DNA of 64,000 bases from Paraspadella gotoi (GCA_051294375.1 CM119264.1:17000278-17064277); one strand, 5' to 3'; numbered from the stretch's first letter, positions 1 to 14,929 are shown. A program made the numbers and translations. The notes: generated by a model from the letters alone, not told the origin.

Positions 1-33
<33 letters not shown>

Positions 34-2100
34 AAAGACGGAAAAACAGAACAGGAAAGGAAAGGTCCTGATCGTATATTCGGCGATCTTTTCATTTTTG
101 TTTGTTTGTTTATGAGTCTTACGGGACGCGCGTATGAGAAACGCGTGAGATGGAGAATGAAAGAAAAGTAATACGGCTTATGAGAGTTTATGAGTGAAAG
201 ATGCTCAATAGATAAGAAATGAGAGGCGCTTGAGATGACACATTAAGGAGTATACGACTTATAAGACATTTGCACGACTTAAAATCCGCCCCTGCAGCAA
301 GCCCCCTACTGTCCTTCACTGAGTTCAGTCGCCATCTCGTGCCTCAAACTCCGTCGCCTACTTCGGCCTAGAACGTTCCCTCACGCCGCCACATCACATT
401 CGCTCAGTCACCACCCCTCCCGCCCCCAACCATTCACCATTTGGGAATCAACTTCGACAACCCCGCCGCCGGCAAACCGCCATCTTTCAGGCGTTTTTTT
501 CGCCTGGAGCGCCGCCTTCTCCGCCTCCACGGTCTCCTTTGCCGCGAAAGTAAACAGAAATCGTTCACGTCGCCGATAAATATGTTTGTTTAATGTTTAT
601 TTCCTCCTTCTCTGTGTTGGTTTTACATCAGGGTTTCTCATTGGGGCATGAGGAATGTGGAGCGAATATATTCTCTCAAAAGCAAGATGTGGATCGCGTC
701 AATATGGCGCGAGTCCTGTCGGCGGNNNNNNNNNNNNNNNNNNNNNNNNNNNNNNNNNNNNNNNNNNNNNNNNNNNNNNNNNNNNNNNNNNNNNNNNNNN
801 NNNNNNNNNNNNNNNNNNNNNNNNNNNNNNNNNNNNNNNNNNNNGGGGGGGGGGGTGAGAAAAGTGAAGGGCGCAGGTGACAATATCATTTTTTACTGCC
901 GTGTTTTTTTCCATAATATTTTTTAGTTATCTAAAGTGGTTGAAGAGAGATAAAAATGCGGCAGCCTTTGTTTTGGTCTGAGGTCAACGTTCAGTCTTTG
1001 TTTACCAGAATTCTGTATAACCGATTAATATAACTTTATTATATTATATTTCATTCCTGCTTTTTTTCTCTTTTACTTATTATTATTACTTATTGCTTAT
1101 TATTCCTTCTTTTCTATTTTGTATTTTGTATTTTGTATTTTATATTTTATATTTTCTATTTTCTATCCTTAAAAAATCATAAATTCCAAAATGAACTTTT
1201 CTTAATTTTGATGGCAGATTTAAATTCCTCGTCAAAAGAAATAAAATATAAAATATAATATAACTCATTTAAAAAAATTATTTCATTAAGTGGGTTAAAA
1301 ATAAAAAAAGCTAGATTTAATATATAAAAATTAAATTTTCAGCTTATAATATTTTTATTTTGATTCTTTACCAACTTAATAAAATAATTTTAAAAAAAGA
1401 GTTATATNNNNNNNNNNGTCAAAAGAAATAAAAGATAAAATATAATATAACTCATTTAAAAAATTTTTTTCATTAAGTGGGTTAAAAATAAAAAAGCTAG
1501 ATTTAATATATAAAAATTAAATTTTCAGCTTAAAATATTTTTTTTGATTCTTTACCAACTTAATAAAATAATTTAAAAAAAAGAGTTATATTTCTTTTTA
1601 TCAACTTTTTATGANNNNNNNNNNNNNNNNNNNNNNNNNNNNNNNNNNNNNNNNNNNNNNNNNNNNNNNNNNNNNNNNNNNNNNNNNNNNNNNNNNNNNN
1701 NNNNNNNNNNNNNNNNNNNNNNNNNNNNNNNNNNNNNNNNNNNNNNNNNNNNNNNNNNNNNNNNNNNNNNNNNNNNNNNNNNNNNNNNNNNNNNNNNNNN
1801 NNNNNNNNNNNNNNNNNNNNNNNNNNNNNNNNNNNNNNNNNNNNNNNNNNNNNNNNNNNNNNNNNNNNNNNNNNNNNNNNNNNNNNNNNNNNNNNNNNNN
1901 NNNNNNNNNNNNNNNNNNNNNNNNNNNNNNNNNNNNNNNNNNNNNNNNNNNNNNNNNNNNNNNNNNNNNNNNNNNNNNNNNNNNNNNNNNNNNNNNNNNN
2001 NNNNNNNNNNNNNNNNNNNNNNNNNNNNNNNNNNNNNNNNNNNNNNNNNNNNNNNNNNNNNNNNNNNNNNNNNNNNNNNNNNNNNNNNNNNNNNNNNNAC

Positions 2101-5100
2101 CGGATCATTTTTTTTTTCTTTTCGTCTTCTGGGACGGGACGCAGAACTACAGCCGCCGCGAATGCCGCAGCCGTTGCGCCGCAGCCCCGTCGCTCTCCAG
2201 TCGTCGCGAGAACGGCGGGAAATAATTGCGGAACAAGCAAAAAAATCTGACAAGAGGCGGGAGTCCGAGGGAAGGGCGGGAAGTGGGGAGTTGGGACGGT
2301 GGGGTCTGGGGTAAGGGGGCGGATTGAAATAGGTGGGCTGTTTAGGGGTTTTAAACTGGATAGGGGAAGTTAGATACGGGATAGTTGGAAGGAGAGATGA
2401 GTACAAATTTAAGAAATTTTGCGGATTGAGATTCCGTTGAGATGAGAACTGTTTAATTTCTTTTTTAGACCCTGTCATTATAATTACAAAAGATCCAGAT
2501 AAATTTTTCAATTACCGGTTAAAAAAAAAAAGAATAAAAAAAAAGGTGGAGAAAAGACGAAGAAAAAAGGAAAACAAAACCCTCGTTGGCGCCAAACAAT
2601 TTACGGCTACGTTGGACGAGACGACGGCGGCTGCCGAAGAAAGAATATAAGCGACGAGGAATCATTTATCAGCGGCGTCGGCTGCGGCGTCGGCTGCGGC
2701 AGCGGCGGCGGCGACGACGACGGGTCCCGGCGGGGTGACGTATTAAGAGAACGTGAGGAGATCAAAACCGCCGAGTTGAAGGGCGCATTGGGAGTTTGCG
2801 TGGCTGGGTCGTCTCGTCTCTTGGGGGGGAGGAGACACGAGGGGGGTAGGGAATAAAGGGAGGGTAAGCCCAGGGGAGAAGGGAGGGTAAGGGAAGGGAA
2901 GGTAGAGAAGAGGAAAGTAAGGAAAGAAAAGGAGATTCAGGGATCGAAAAGGTTAAGACTTAAGATGTGCGGAAATAGGAAGGCGGGGCTGTGGTTGAGG
3001 GGTTGACGAAGAGGAGCAAGAATGAGAGGCCTCTTAGATTAAACCAGTCTAAGGAAGGAAGGCGGCGGTAGAAGGCGGATAAGCGAAGCGGCGAAGGCGG
3101 CGGCGGCGATGAAAGAAAGCGGCGGAGGCAGGCAGGCAGCGGCGAGAGAAAACGGCAAAGGATTCGGTTGTCGAGACGAATTTCGATCCAACTTCGGAAA
3201 GAACTCGAAATCCCACGATTAATCGGAAGAAGAAGAGAAAAGAAGGAAAGAGCCCGGAAGGGAGGCTGGAGGAACAAAGGAAAGCGCGATGACAGCTCAT
3301 CTCTAAGACCATTCCAGATTCCACGAAGAATTAGAATCCCCACCCCCTACCCCAAAAAAAAAAAAAAATGTTTTCAATGATACTCCGCGTGAAATTTTGA
3401 GGTTTTCCGGTTTTCCACGTTGCTTGTTAGAAGGAAATTATTTAGTTTAACACAAGCGATAACCAACGTTTGTTTGCGGACGGTTTATTGATCGTTTTAA
3501 GGATCGCCGGCGCCAAATGATCGCTGGTTGAATGCACCCTCGGGAGTTTTGGGCTGAACCGCGGCCACGGCGGAGCGGCCACGGCGGCGCGGGCACGGAG
3601 GCGTGGCTGGCGGGTCGAGCGACGGTGCGAGAGGCAGAACGACGTCGTCGAGGGTGTGAGCGAGGGGTGGTAGGAATGTCATGACGAACGTGGTGCGATA
3701 ACCTGTAAAGGTTTAGAAGGTTGGTAAGATGTAATGCTTCAAGCGATAAACGCATGCGCGGCAATGAAGGCGACCGTTCAAAAAGCGCGGATGTAAATGT
3801 AAAAGTTATGTCTCAGTTGTTTCAAAGATTAAAAGAATCCGTTATAGTAAAGGTGGCAATTAGCAAAATGAGAAAAAGGTTTAGGTAATCGCAACAGAGA
3901 AGATTGAGCAGGAGGAAAAAGGAGCCAACTCCAATCCAGACAGTGACAGATTGATTATTAAATCAGCAGAACGAGAGAATCCAGAGGCGAACATCGAATC
4001 CCACCAGAAAAGTCACGGAGAGAGAGAAGAGAAGAGAGAAAAGAGAAGAGAGAAAGAGAGAAGGTAAGAGGAGAAAGAGAGAGAGAGAGAATGACTAGAA
4101 AGATAGGATAGAAAATGCAGATAGAATAAGATAGAGTAGGATAGAGAAAGAAGAGAGAGAAAAAAAAAGTGATATTTTTACACTTTTGACTTCATAAAAA
4201 ATTAGGATTTTTAATGTTTATGTTTGTAGCTTGGAATATGCAGTGCAAAACTGATATATTATGCATATTAATTTTGTAAAGAACGAAAGGAAATTGTTTC
4301 TAGAGAGGAAGGGAGTACAGTAGTAGATGGGAGAAAGGATTGAAGGAACCCAAAAGGAATAGAGGGAGAAAAAAAGATCGTATCCGTTGTCAGCCGCGCG
4401 AAGCTGAACCAAAAAAGAAACGACAGTAAAGAACAACTGAAGAGCAGTGAAGCGAAGAGAAAAAGAGAGAAAGAGTGAGATTCAGAGGAAAAAAAAAGTC
4501 TTTTGTCGCCCACACTAACGTAAAAATTGGAAATTTCAATAATTTTTGCTGTTGCTAAGACTACTACCAGTTAAGATCAGAAATAAACTTTTCATAGTTT
4601 TTTTTCGTGGAAATTAATAAATATTCAGTAATTGTATGGACGTGTTATTTTCACTGTTCAATTAAGTTTAATGTTCAATTTTTAATTATGTTCGATCTGG
4701 CTTTTTTTATTGATTATTGAATAATTATATATTCAAACTCATCGTGGCTCAAATTGCAGCAAGAAATCTCGACCAGATTGAATGTTAAACCGAAAAGAAT
4801 GTGTAATTGGACGGCATCTAGTTTGAAGTTGCCACAGCCAAAGTCGTAAAGTCAGAGACTTGGAACGGAAAAAACCAATGAAACTGTTGAATGGTCGGCA
4901 GGACTGGAAAAACCCGAGTTCCATTGGTGTTTAATTCAATTATTACAGATATTTTCTGCATCAAAATGATTAAAAGCGATTTTTTAAAAAAAAAATACTT
5001 GTATTTTTAACTGGTTTTTCCAATTAACGATACTTTCATGCGCCACAACAATAAAATGTACATGGATTCGTAGCTGAAACTGGAAAGGATTGCCGATTGG

Positions 5101-7419
5101 AATAACGTAATAATCTAACAAGAAAAAGTGGGGCTTATCCAAATATAACCTTTCCAAAGGGCTTTACGGTAAATTGTTTAAATCCGTCAGTTCTAAAAGG
5201 CTCCACGTATCGATCGATGTCTTTTAGACAACGAAATCCTGAACTTAAATAATTACCATCTTTCCTTTGATCTCATTATTAAGTATGAAGTTACTTTCAT
5301 TTAAAAAACGTAGTCTCAAGTTATCTCCCTTCTTTATCACTTAGAACTTCCCGGTAATTTTCTATGAGTTAATACGGTAAGACATGGTTTCTTCAAATGA
5401 TTGTTTCATCTAATTCATTTACTTGCGTAATTTTTAGATATAAGTATGTTTCGATATTTTTATGGTAAGATACTTTGAAAGCATCGATTCCTCATAAGAA
5501 TCTTCACGTTTTTACTTACAATAAAAGGTTTTTAGGTAAGACGCCCACATTATTGATACAATTTTTTTTTCTTCATACGGCTTTCCCTGATTCTTTTTCT
5601 TCACTTCTTTTTCTTCTCTTTCTTTATCATTTCCTCTTCCTCTTTCCTCCCTTACTTCTCACTCTGTCACTTACATTTTTCGGCCCCTACCTTTTTCTGC
5701 CACTAATGCACTTTCCTTACCTTTTTTTCTCTCCTTCTCTCTTTTCCTCTTTATTTTCCCCTCTTTTTCTTTCAATTTTTCCCATCATTCCTACCTTTTA
5801 TTGTCTGACTATTTTTTTCCCCATTTTTGCCTATTTTTTTTGCCTTGGCCCCCTCTTCATTATCTCTCTTCTCTTTCTTATTTCTCTTCCCTCTTCCCTC
5901 TCACAACGTTTACATTGAGTCCATATCAAAGAAAATCTTTAAAATATGCATTATAGAGAAAGAAAAATGAACGATAGCCTGCATGATTTTTCTTTCAATT
6001 TTGGTTTGACTAGAAAATTTAAGATAAATCGACAGATTTTGCGGAAAGTTTTCCGCAAAATCTGTCGATTCTGAGAAAAAACAAGTCCTGACGCTTTCCA
6101 TTGGCTTAAAAAGGATGGCGGTTTTTTTTGTTTTATCATACGTCATACAGTGACCCCATCTTTAAACCCTAATAAAAGAGAGTTGAAAATATTTTCTTTT
6201 TATCAATAAATACAATGCAAGTCACAAAAAGTCACACATTAAAAGTTTGGTCTTTAAAAATTATTTGGTGGCTAAACAGAAAAGAGTTTTTTTGATTAAT
6301 TTGTAGGTGTAAAAAGCTTATCTTGGACCAATATTTTCTGGGTTAGTTTAAGCCACATTTAAACTATTTTTGTTTAATAAATTATAATAAAACTAAAAAT
6401 GGCAACTTTTTGACTTGTCAACTTTAAAATTAATTCAAAGTGAACTATGAATGAATATAAGGAAAATATTTTACTCAGGTGAAAAGATAAGGAAGAAAGG
6501 AATTCAAAATAAAAAAATTTTCTCAACGCTTTTCCCTTGGCATTCAAATTTGAAGACGCCAAGTGAAAATGGACAAAAATGGACATGATTTTTTTCTAAA
6601 AGTTGCAAAAATAACTCTTATATGATTAGAAATAGCTGGAGATGGTTTTAACCCAATCCCGTATTTCGTCGTAATTTATATTATGGTCGCAAATTAAATT
6701 ATTGTTGTTAAGTAGTCAATTGAACAATCCTGGAAAAGTGTATTTTCTCTCAAAATGCGAGGATCGGTAAGCAAGGCAAAACGACTCACTTTCAAGAAGA
6801 GGGAGTTTTTTTTTGAGAGAGAAGGTCGAAGAAAAAAGAGATTGGTAGGATTACCAAAGGTTGGAGATATTAGAGAATACTCGGGATAACTCAGAATGCA
6901 TGGACTAAAGGGGCAAGAAGGAGCGAAGAGAAAACAAGTAGGAGACCTGAAGGCCTGAAGGCCTGAAGGCCTGAAGGCCGCGTTGAAAGTCGATTTGGAA
7001 GCGGAAGAACTGGAAGGACGAGAAAGGCGCGGGAGGCCAACTGTGGCCGCCGTGCGATGACTGACGTGAAAAATGGAAAAGGGAAAATCTTTAGGGGAAG
7101 AAATGAAAGGAGGAAAAGGAGGAGAGAAGGAATAAGAAGAGGAAATAGAGAAGAATACGAAAAAGATTAGAGTTAATAGAAGAATAAAAGAAATGAAAAG
7201 ACTCGAATGAATCTAGGAGGAAAGAATATTGAGGTAAAAGAAAAAGAAAAAAACAAAAGAATATTATAAAATCGGGAGCGAGATCATTGTTAAATCTGTA
7301 CGCCAAGGCTACGCCAAAGACGCGCCAATGCCGCGCCATCCAATGATCCGAGGGAAACCCGATCTCTCTTCATTTGATTTTCGCTGCTCAATGATCAGAA
7401 TTCATTGGAATTCGTACAC
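2101..7419 (-). other. Candidate spliced minus-strand transcript (GC-rich exon-like islands; duplicated at ~8750-14165)
   Basis: GC-rich islands at ~2101-2246, ~2581-2820, ~3045-3302, ~3500-3702, ~6890-7070 and ~7301-7419. Several have minus-strand pyrimidine tract + AG acceptors (ctg at 2247, 3703, 7420) and GT donors (2099-2100, 2579-2580; gtaag in copy 2 at 14041-14045). There is no continuous frame or recognisable domain, and the sequence is error-rich. Confidence 0.3.
6027..6070. repeat. Perfect palindrome, 21-bp arms with 2-nt loop (copy at 12775-12818)
   Basis: aatcgacagattttgcggaaa-gt-tttccgcaaaatctgtcgatt. Confidence 0.95.
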
Positions 7420-7850
7420 CTGCAGAGAGAGAGAGAGAAAAAAAAACGGGAGAATTCAAAAGTCTGAGAAAAAAACGTCAACGCGTGAATTAGAAAACTA
7501 AAGAAAGAAAAGAAAGAAAAGAAAAGAAAAAAGAAAAGAGTAACAACACGGAAAATTCCGCGACGTAAAATAGAAGAAAAAAATATTTAAAAAAAAGACG
7601 AAACTGAAAAGAGAAACTAAAAAAAAAAATCGAAACTGCCAGAAAAAAAAATCTCCTAATGGAATAAGGGGGCGACGGAGAAAAGGAAGGAAAAAAGTGC
7701 AAAGAAAGAAAATAAGGGCGGGAAAAAAAAAGGAAGGAGAAAGGAGACGAGGATTGAAAGAAAAGGGAAACGTGGATATCGTGGAAAGATGGAAGAAAAG
7801 GCGAATGGGAGAGAGAGAGAGANNNNNNNNNNNNNNNNNNNNNNNNNGGT

Positions 7851-10800
7851 TGACCAATATCATTTTTTACATGGAGCCGTGTGTTTTTTCCATAATATTC
7901 ATTTTAGTTATCTAAAGTGGTTGAAGAGAGATAAAAATGCGCAGCCTTTGGTTTTGGTCTGAGGTCAACGTTCAGATCTTTTCTTACCAGAATTCTGTAT
8001 ACCGATTAACTATAACTTTATTATATTATAATTTCATTCCTGCTTTTTTTTCTCTTTTACCTTATTATTATTACTTACTTCATTGCTTATTATTCCTCTT
8101 CTTTTCTATTTTGTAATTTTGTATTTTGTATTTTTGTATTTTGTATTTTGTAATTTTTCTATCCTTAAAAAATCATAAATTTCCCCAAAATGGAACTGTT
8201 TCTTATTTGATGGAGATATAAATTCCTCGTCAAAAGAAAATAAAAGATAAAATATAAATAAACTCATTTAAAAAAATTTTTTTTCCATAAGTGGGTTAAA
8301 ATAAAAAAGCTAGATTTAAAATAATTACAATTAAATTTCAAGCTTAAAATATTTTTTTTGAATTCTTACCAACTTAATAAATAATTTAAAAAAAGAGTTA
8401 TATTTCTTTCTTTTTTCAACTTTTTTAATGACGCTTCCAAAATACTACAGAAAAAAAGAGAGAAATATTTAAAACAATTACATTAAGGGGTTACTATATA
8501 GTACTAGTATAAAATTATAAGTCTATACTGCGTAAATTCACAAAAATTATAATACAATTTTTTTATACATTGATGTTCATGCGCTAGTATAAAACGACGT
8601 TGTTCATGTTCATTGTTGTTCAATGTTCATTCCTCACTTTAGACTTTTTTACTACCTTTTAATACCTATGACAAAGATTCAAGGAGGGGTTTTCCTTTAA
8701 TAAAGTGCCGATAAAATACTATCGGCCGGTCATTCACCGAGTAGATCCCACCGGATCATTTTTTTTTTTTATTTCGTATTCTGGGACGGGACGCAGAACT
8801 ACAAGCCGCCGCGAATGCCTGCAGCCGTTGCGCCGCAGACCCGTCGCTCTCCAAGTCGGTCGCGAGAACGCGGAAATAATTGCGGAACAAGCAAAAAAAT
8901 CTGACAAGAGGCCGGGAGTCCGAGGGAAGGGCGGAAGTGGGGAGTGGGGACGGTGGGTCTGGGGTAAGGGGGCGGATTGAAATAGGTGGGCGCTGTTTAG
9001 GGGTTTTTAAACTGGATAGGGGAAGTTAGATACGGATAGTTGGAAGGAGGAGATGAAGTCCAATTTAAGAAATTTTGCGGATTGAGATTCCGTGAGATGC
9101 AGAACTGTTTTAATTTCTTTTTTAGACCCTGTCATTATAATTACAAAAGAAATCCAAGATAAATTTTTCAATTAACCGGTTAAAAAAAAGAATAAAAAAA
9201 TAAGGTGGAAGAAAAGACGAAGAAAAAAGGAAAACAAAACCCTCGTTGGCGCCAGAACAATTTACGGCTACGTTGGACGGACGACGGCGGCTGCCGAAGA
9301 AAGAATAAAGCGACGGAAGGAATCAATTTGATGCGCGCGCGTCGCTGCGGCGTCGGCTGCGGCAGCGGGCCGGCGCGACGACCCGACGGGTCCCGGCGGG
9401 GTGAACGTTTAAAGAGAACGGTGAGGAGACAAAAAACCGCCGAATTTGAAGGGCGCATTGGGAGTTTTGCGTGGCTTGGGTCGTCTCGTCTCTGGGGGGA
9501 GGAGCACACGAGGGGGTTGGGGAATAAGGGAGGGTAACCAGGGGAGAAGGGAAGGGTAAGGGGAAGGGAAGGTAGAGAAGAGGACAAAGTAAGGAAAGAA
9601 TAAGGAGTATTCAGGGGATCGAAAAGTTAAGACATTAAGATGTGCGGAAATAGGAAGGCCCGGGGCTGTTGGGTTGAGGGGTTGCGGAGAGGAGCAGAAA
9701 TGAGAAGGGCCTCTTAGATTAAACCAGTCTAAGGAAGGAAGGCGGCCGTAGAAAGGCGGATCAATGCGAAGCGGGCGAAGGGCGGCGCGGCGATGAAAGA
9801 AAGCGGCGGAGGCAGGCAGGCAGCGGGCCGAAAAGAAATACGCAAAGGAATTCGGTGTCCGGACGAATTTCGATCAACTTCGAAAGAACTCGAATCCCAC
9901 GATAATCGAAGAAGAAAGAGAAAAGAAGGAAAGAGCCCGGAAGGAGGCTGGGAACTAAAGGGAGAAGCGCGATGACAGCATGCATCTCTAAGACCATTTC
10001 CAGATTCCACGAACGAATTAGAATCCCCACCCCCGTACCCCAAAAAAAAAAAAAATGTTTTTCAAATGATACTACTCCGCGTGAAATTTTGAGGTTTTCC
10101 GGTTTTTCCCACGTTGCTTGTTAGAGAGGAAATTATTTAGTTTACACAAGCGATAAACCGAACGTTTGTTGTGCGGACGGTTTATGATCGTTTAAAGGAT
10201 CGCCGGGCGCCAAATGACGCTGTTGAATGCACCCTCGGGAGTTTTGGGCTGAACCGCGGCCACGGCGGAGCGGCCACGGCGGCGCGGGCAACGGAGGCCG
10301 GTGGGCTTGGCGGGTGAGCGACGTGCGGAGAGGCAGAAACGACGTCGTCGAGGGTGTTGAGCGAGGGGTGGTAGGAATGTCATGACGAACGTGGTGCGAC
10401 TAACCGATAAAGGTTTGAAGGTTGGTAGAGATGAATGCTTCAAGCGATAAAGCGCGAAGCGCGCAAATGAAGGCGACCGGTTCAAAAAGCGCGGATGTCA
10501 ATGTAAAAGTTATGTCTCAGTTGTTTCAACGATTAAAGAATCCGTTTTATAGTAAAGGTGCAAATTAGCAAAATGAGAAAAAGGTTTAGGTAATGCGGCA
10601 ACAGAAGGAAGATGATTCAGGAGAAAAAGGCCAAAACATCATTTTCCAACTGTGGACGTTGAGTTATTAAACTCGCAGACGGTGAATCCGAGCGCCGATA
10701 TCCAAGCCGAAAGTCACGGAGAGAGAGAGAGAGAGGCGAGAGAGAGAGAGAGCAGAGAGAGAGAGAGAGAGAGAGAGAATCAGATAGATAGATAGATAGA

Positions 10801-13800
10801 TAGATTAGATAGGTATAGATACGATAGATTAGATAGAAGATAGAGATAGAAGTGAGAAGAGAGAGAGGAACAAAATGATTTTTTTTTTCTGAAACTTTTG
10901 ACTTCATAAAAAAAGGATTTTAATGGTTTTATGTTTGTAGTTTGGAATAGCTGCAGTGCAAAACTGATATATTTATGCATATAATTTGTACAAGAACGAA
11001 AGGAAATTGTTTTCTAGAGAGGAAGGGAGTACAGTAGTATGATGGGGAGAGAAGGGATTGAAGACCCAAAAGGAATAGAGGGGAAGAAAAAAAGATCGTA
11101 TCCGTTGTCCGCTCCGCGCGGAAAGCTGAACCAAAAAAGAAACGACCAGTAAAGAACAACTGAAGAGCAGTGAAGCGAAGAGAAAAAGAGCAGACGAAAG
11201 AGTGAGTGATTCAGCAGGAAAAAGTCTTTTGTCGCCCACACTAAACGTAAAAATGGAAATTCAATAATTTTTGCTGTTGCTCAAGACTAATACTACGCAG
11301 TTAAGATTCATAGAAATAAACCTTTTCAATAGTTTTTTTTCGTGGAAATTAATAAAGTATTCATTTAATATGTATGGGACGTGTATTTTCAACTGTTTGC
11401 AATTAAAGTTTAATGTTCAAGTTTTTTAATAGTCTCGACTGTGCTTTTTTTTAATGATTAATTGAATAATTATATATTTCAAATACTCATCGTGGCTCAA
11501 ATTGCAGCAAGAAATCTCGACCAGATTGAATGTTAAACCGAAAAGAATGTGTAATTGGACGGCATCTAGTTTGAAGTTGCCACAGCCAAAGTCGTAAAGT
11601 CAGAGACTTGGAACGGAAAAAACCAATGAAACTGTTGAATGGTCGGCAGGACTGGAAAAACCCGAGTTCCATTGGTGTTTAATTCAATTATTACAGATAT
11701 TTTCTGCATCAAAATGATTAAAAGCGATTTTTTAAAAAAAAAATACTTGTATTTTTAACTGGTTTTTCCAATTAACGATACTTTCATGCGCCACAACAAT
11801 AAAATGTACATGGATTCGTAGCTGAAACTGGAAAGGATTGCCGATTGGAATAACGTAATAATCTAACAAGAAAAAGTGGGGCTTATCCAAATATAACCTT
11901 TCCAAAGGGCTTTACGGTAAATTGTTTAAATCCGTCAGTTCTAAAAGGCTCCACGTATCGATCGATGTCTTTTAGACAACGAAATCCTGAACTTAAATAA
12001 TTACCATCTTTCCTTTGATCTCATTATTAAGTATGAAGTTACTTTCATTTAAAAAACGTAGTCTCAAGTTATCTCCCTTCTTTATCACTTAGAACTTCCC
12101 GGTAATTTTCTATGAGTTAATACGGTAAGACATGGTTTCTTCAAATGATTGTTTCATCTAATTCATTTACTTGCGTAATTTTTAGATATAAGTATGTTTC
12201 GATATTTTTATGGTAAGATACTTTGAAAGCATCGATTCCTCATAAGAATCTTCACGTTTTTACTTACAATAAAAGGTTTTTAGGTAAGACGCCCACATTA
12301 TTGATACAATTTTTTTTTCTTCATACGGCTTTCCCTGATTCTTTTTCTTCACTTCTTTTTCTTCTCTTTCTTTATCATTTCCTCTTCCTCTTTCCTCCCT
12401 TACTTCTCACTCTGTCACTTACATTTTTCGGCCCCTACCTTTTTCTGCCACTAATGCACTTTCCTTACCTTTTTTTCTCTCCTTCTCTCTTTTCCTCTTT
12501 ATTTTCCCCTCTTTTTCTTTCAATTTTTCCCATCATTCCTACCTTTTATTGTCTGACTATTTTTTTCCCCATTTTTGCCTATTTTTTTTGCCTTGGCCCC
12601 CTCTTCATTATCTCTCTTCTCTTTCTTATTTCTCTTCCCTCTTCCCTCTCACAACGTTTACATTGAGTCCATATCAAAGAAAATCTTTAAAATATGCATT
12701 ATAGAGAAAGAAAAATGAACGATAGCCTGCATGATTTTTCTTTCAATTTTGGTTTGACTAGAAAATTTAAGATAAATCGACAGATTTTGCGGAAAGTTTT
12801 CCGCAAAATCTGTCGATTCTGAGAAAAAACAAGTCCTGACGCTTTCCATTGGCTTAAAAAGGATGGCGGTTTTTTTTGTTTTATCATACGTCATACAGTG
12901 ACCCCATCTTTAAACCCTAATAAAAGAGAGTTGAAAATATTTTCTTTTTATCAATAAATACAATGCAAGTCACAAAAAGTCACACATTAAAAGTTTGGTC
13001 TTTAAAAATTATTTGGTGGCTAAACAGAAAAGAGTTTTTTTGATTAATTTGTAGGTGTAAAAAGCTTATCTTGGACCAATATTTTCTGGGTTAGTTTAAG
13101 CCACATTTAAACTATTTTTGTTTAATAAATTATAATAAAACTAAAAATGGCAACTTTTTGACTTGTCAACTTTAAAATTAATTCAAAGTGAACTATGAAT
13201 GAATATAAGGAAAATATTTTACTCAGGTGAAAAGATAAGGAAGAAAGGAATTCAAAATAAAAAAATTTTCTCAACGCTTTTCCCTTGGCATTCAAATTTG
13301 AAGACGCCAAGTGAAAATGGACAAAAATGGACATGATTTTTTTCTAAAAGTTGCAAAAATAACTCTTATATGATTAGAAATAGCTGGAGATGGTTTTAAC
13401 CCAATCCCGTATTTCGTCGTAATTTATATTATGGTCGCAAATTAAATTATTGTTGTTAAGTAGTCAATTGAACAATCCTGGAAAAGTGTATTTTCTCTCA
13501 AAATGCGAGGATCGGTAAGCAAGGCAAAACGACTCACTTTCAAGAAGAGGGAGTTTTTTTTTGAGAGAGAAGGTCGAAGAAAAAAGAGATTGGTAGGATT
13601 ACCAAAGGTTGGAGATATTAGAGAATACTCGGGATAACTCAGAATGCATGGACTAAAGGGGCAAGAAGGAGCGAAGATGAAACAAGTAGGAGACCCTGAA
13701 GGCGCTGAAGGCCTGAAGGCCTGAAAGGCCGCGTTGAAAGTCGATTTGGAAGGGAAGAACTGGAAGGACGAGAAAGGCGCGGGGAGGCCAACTGTGGCCG

Positions 13801-14555
13801 CCCGTGCGAAATGACTAGTGAAAAATGGAAAAGGGACAATCTTTAAGGGCGAAGAAATGAAAGGAGGAAAGGAGGAAGAAGGAATAAGCAGAGGAAATAG
13901 AGAAGAATAACGAAAGATTAGAGTTAATAGAAGAATAAAAGAAATAGAAAAGACTCGATGAATCTAAGGAGGAAGAATATTGCAGGTAAATAGAAAAAGA
14001 AAACAAAGATATTAAAATCGGGAGCGGATCATTGTTAAATCTTACCCAAGGCAACGCCAAAAGACGCGCCAATGCGCGCCATCCAATGATCGAGGGAAAC
14101 CCGATCTCTCCTTCTTGATTTTCGGCCTGGCTCAATGATCAGAATTCATTGGAATTCGTACAACCCTGCAGAGAAGAGAAGAGAGAAAAAAAACAAACGG
14201 GAGATTTCAAATCTGAGAAAAAAACGTCAACGCGTGAATTAGAACACTAAAGAAAGAAAGAAAGAAAAGAAAAGAAAAAAGAAAAGTAACAACACGGAAA
14301 ATTCCGCGACGTAAAAATAGAATAGAAAAAAATATTTAAAAAAAGACGAAACTGTGAAAGAGAAACTAAAAAAAAAATACGAACTGCCGAAAAAAAATAC
14401 TCCTAATGGAATAAGGGGGCGACGGAGAAAAGGAAGGAAAAAAGTGCAAAGAAAGAAAATAAGGGCGGGAAAAAAAAAAGGAAGGAAGAAAGGCGACGAG
14501 GATTGAAAAGAAAGGAACGTTGGATATCGTGGAAAGATGGAAGAAAAGGCGAATC

Positions 14556-14580
<25 letters not shown>
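7851..14580. repeat. Tandem duplication, copy 2
   Basis: Collinear with 877-7822. It carries real sequence (~8432-8750) where copy 1 has the N gap 1615-2098, and only one instance of the ~180-bp block that is doubled around the gap 1408-1417 in copy 1. Confidence 0.95.

Positions 14581-14929
<349 letters not shown>

Larger units (their letters stand above)
877..7822. repeat. Tandem duplication, copy 1 (~6.75-6.9 kb unit)
   Basis: Starts 'caatatcattttttac..ccataatatt..ttagttatctaaagtggttgaagagagataaaaatgcg' (881), which recurs at ~7855. The core 4739-~6930 appears identical to 11487-~13678 (offset 6748; the ORF track gives identical translations). The flanks differ by many 1-bp indels. A 25-N gap (7823-7847) separates the copies. 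Confidence 0.95.

Noticed and set aside
1231-1590. ~180-bp direct repeat around a 10-N gap
   Set aside because: Unmerged contig overlap; the homologous region in copy 2 (~8229-8405) has it only once.
593-2511. Long ORFs containing X runs
   Set aside because: They run through N gaps (726-844, 1615-2098).
5475-5918. 147-aa hydrophobic 'membrane protein' ORF (also 12223-12666)
   Set aside because: A polypyrimidine tract yields F/L/S/P by composition; the second copy is the duplication.
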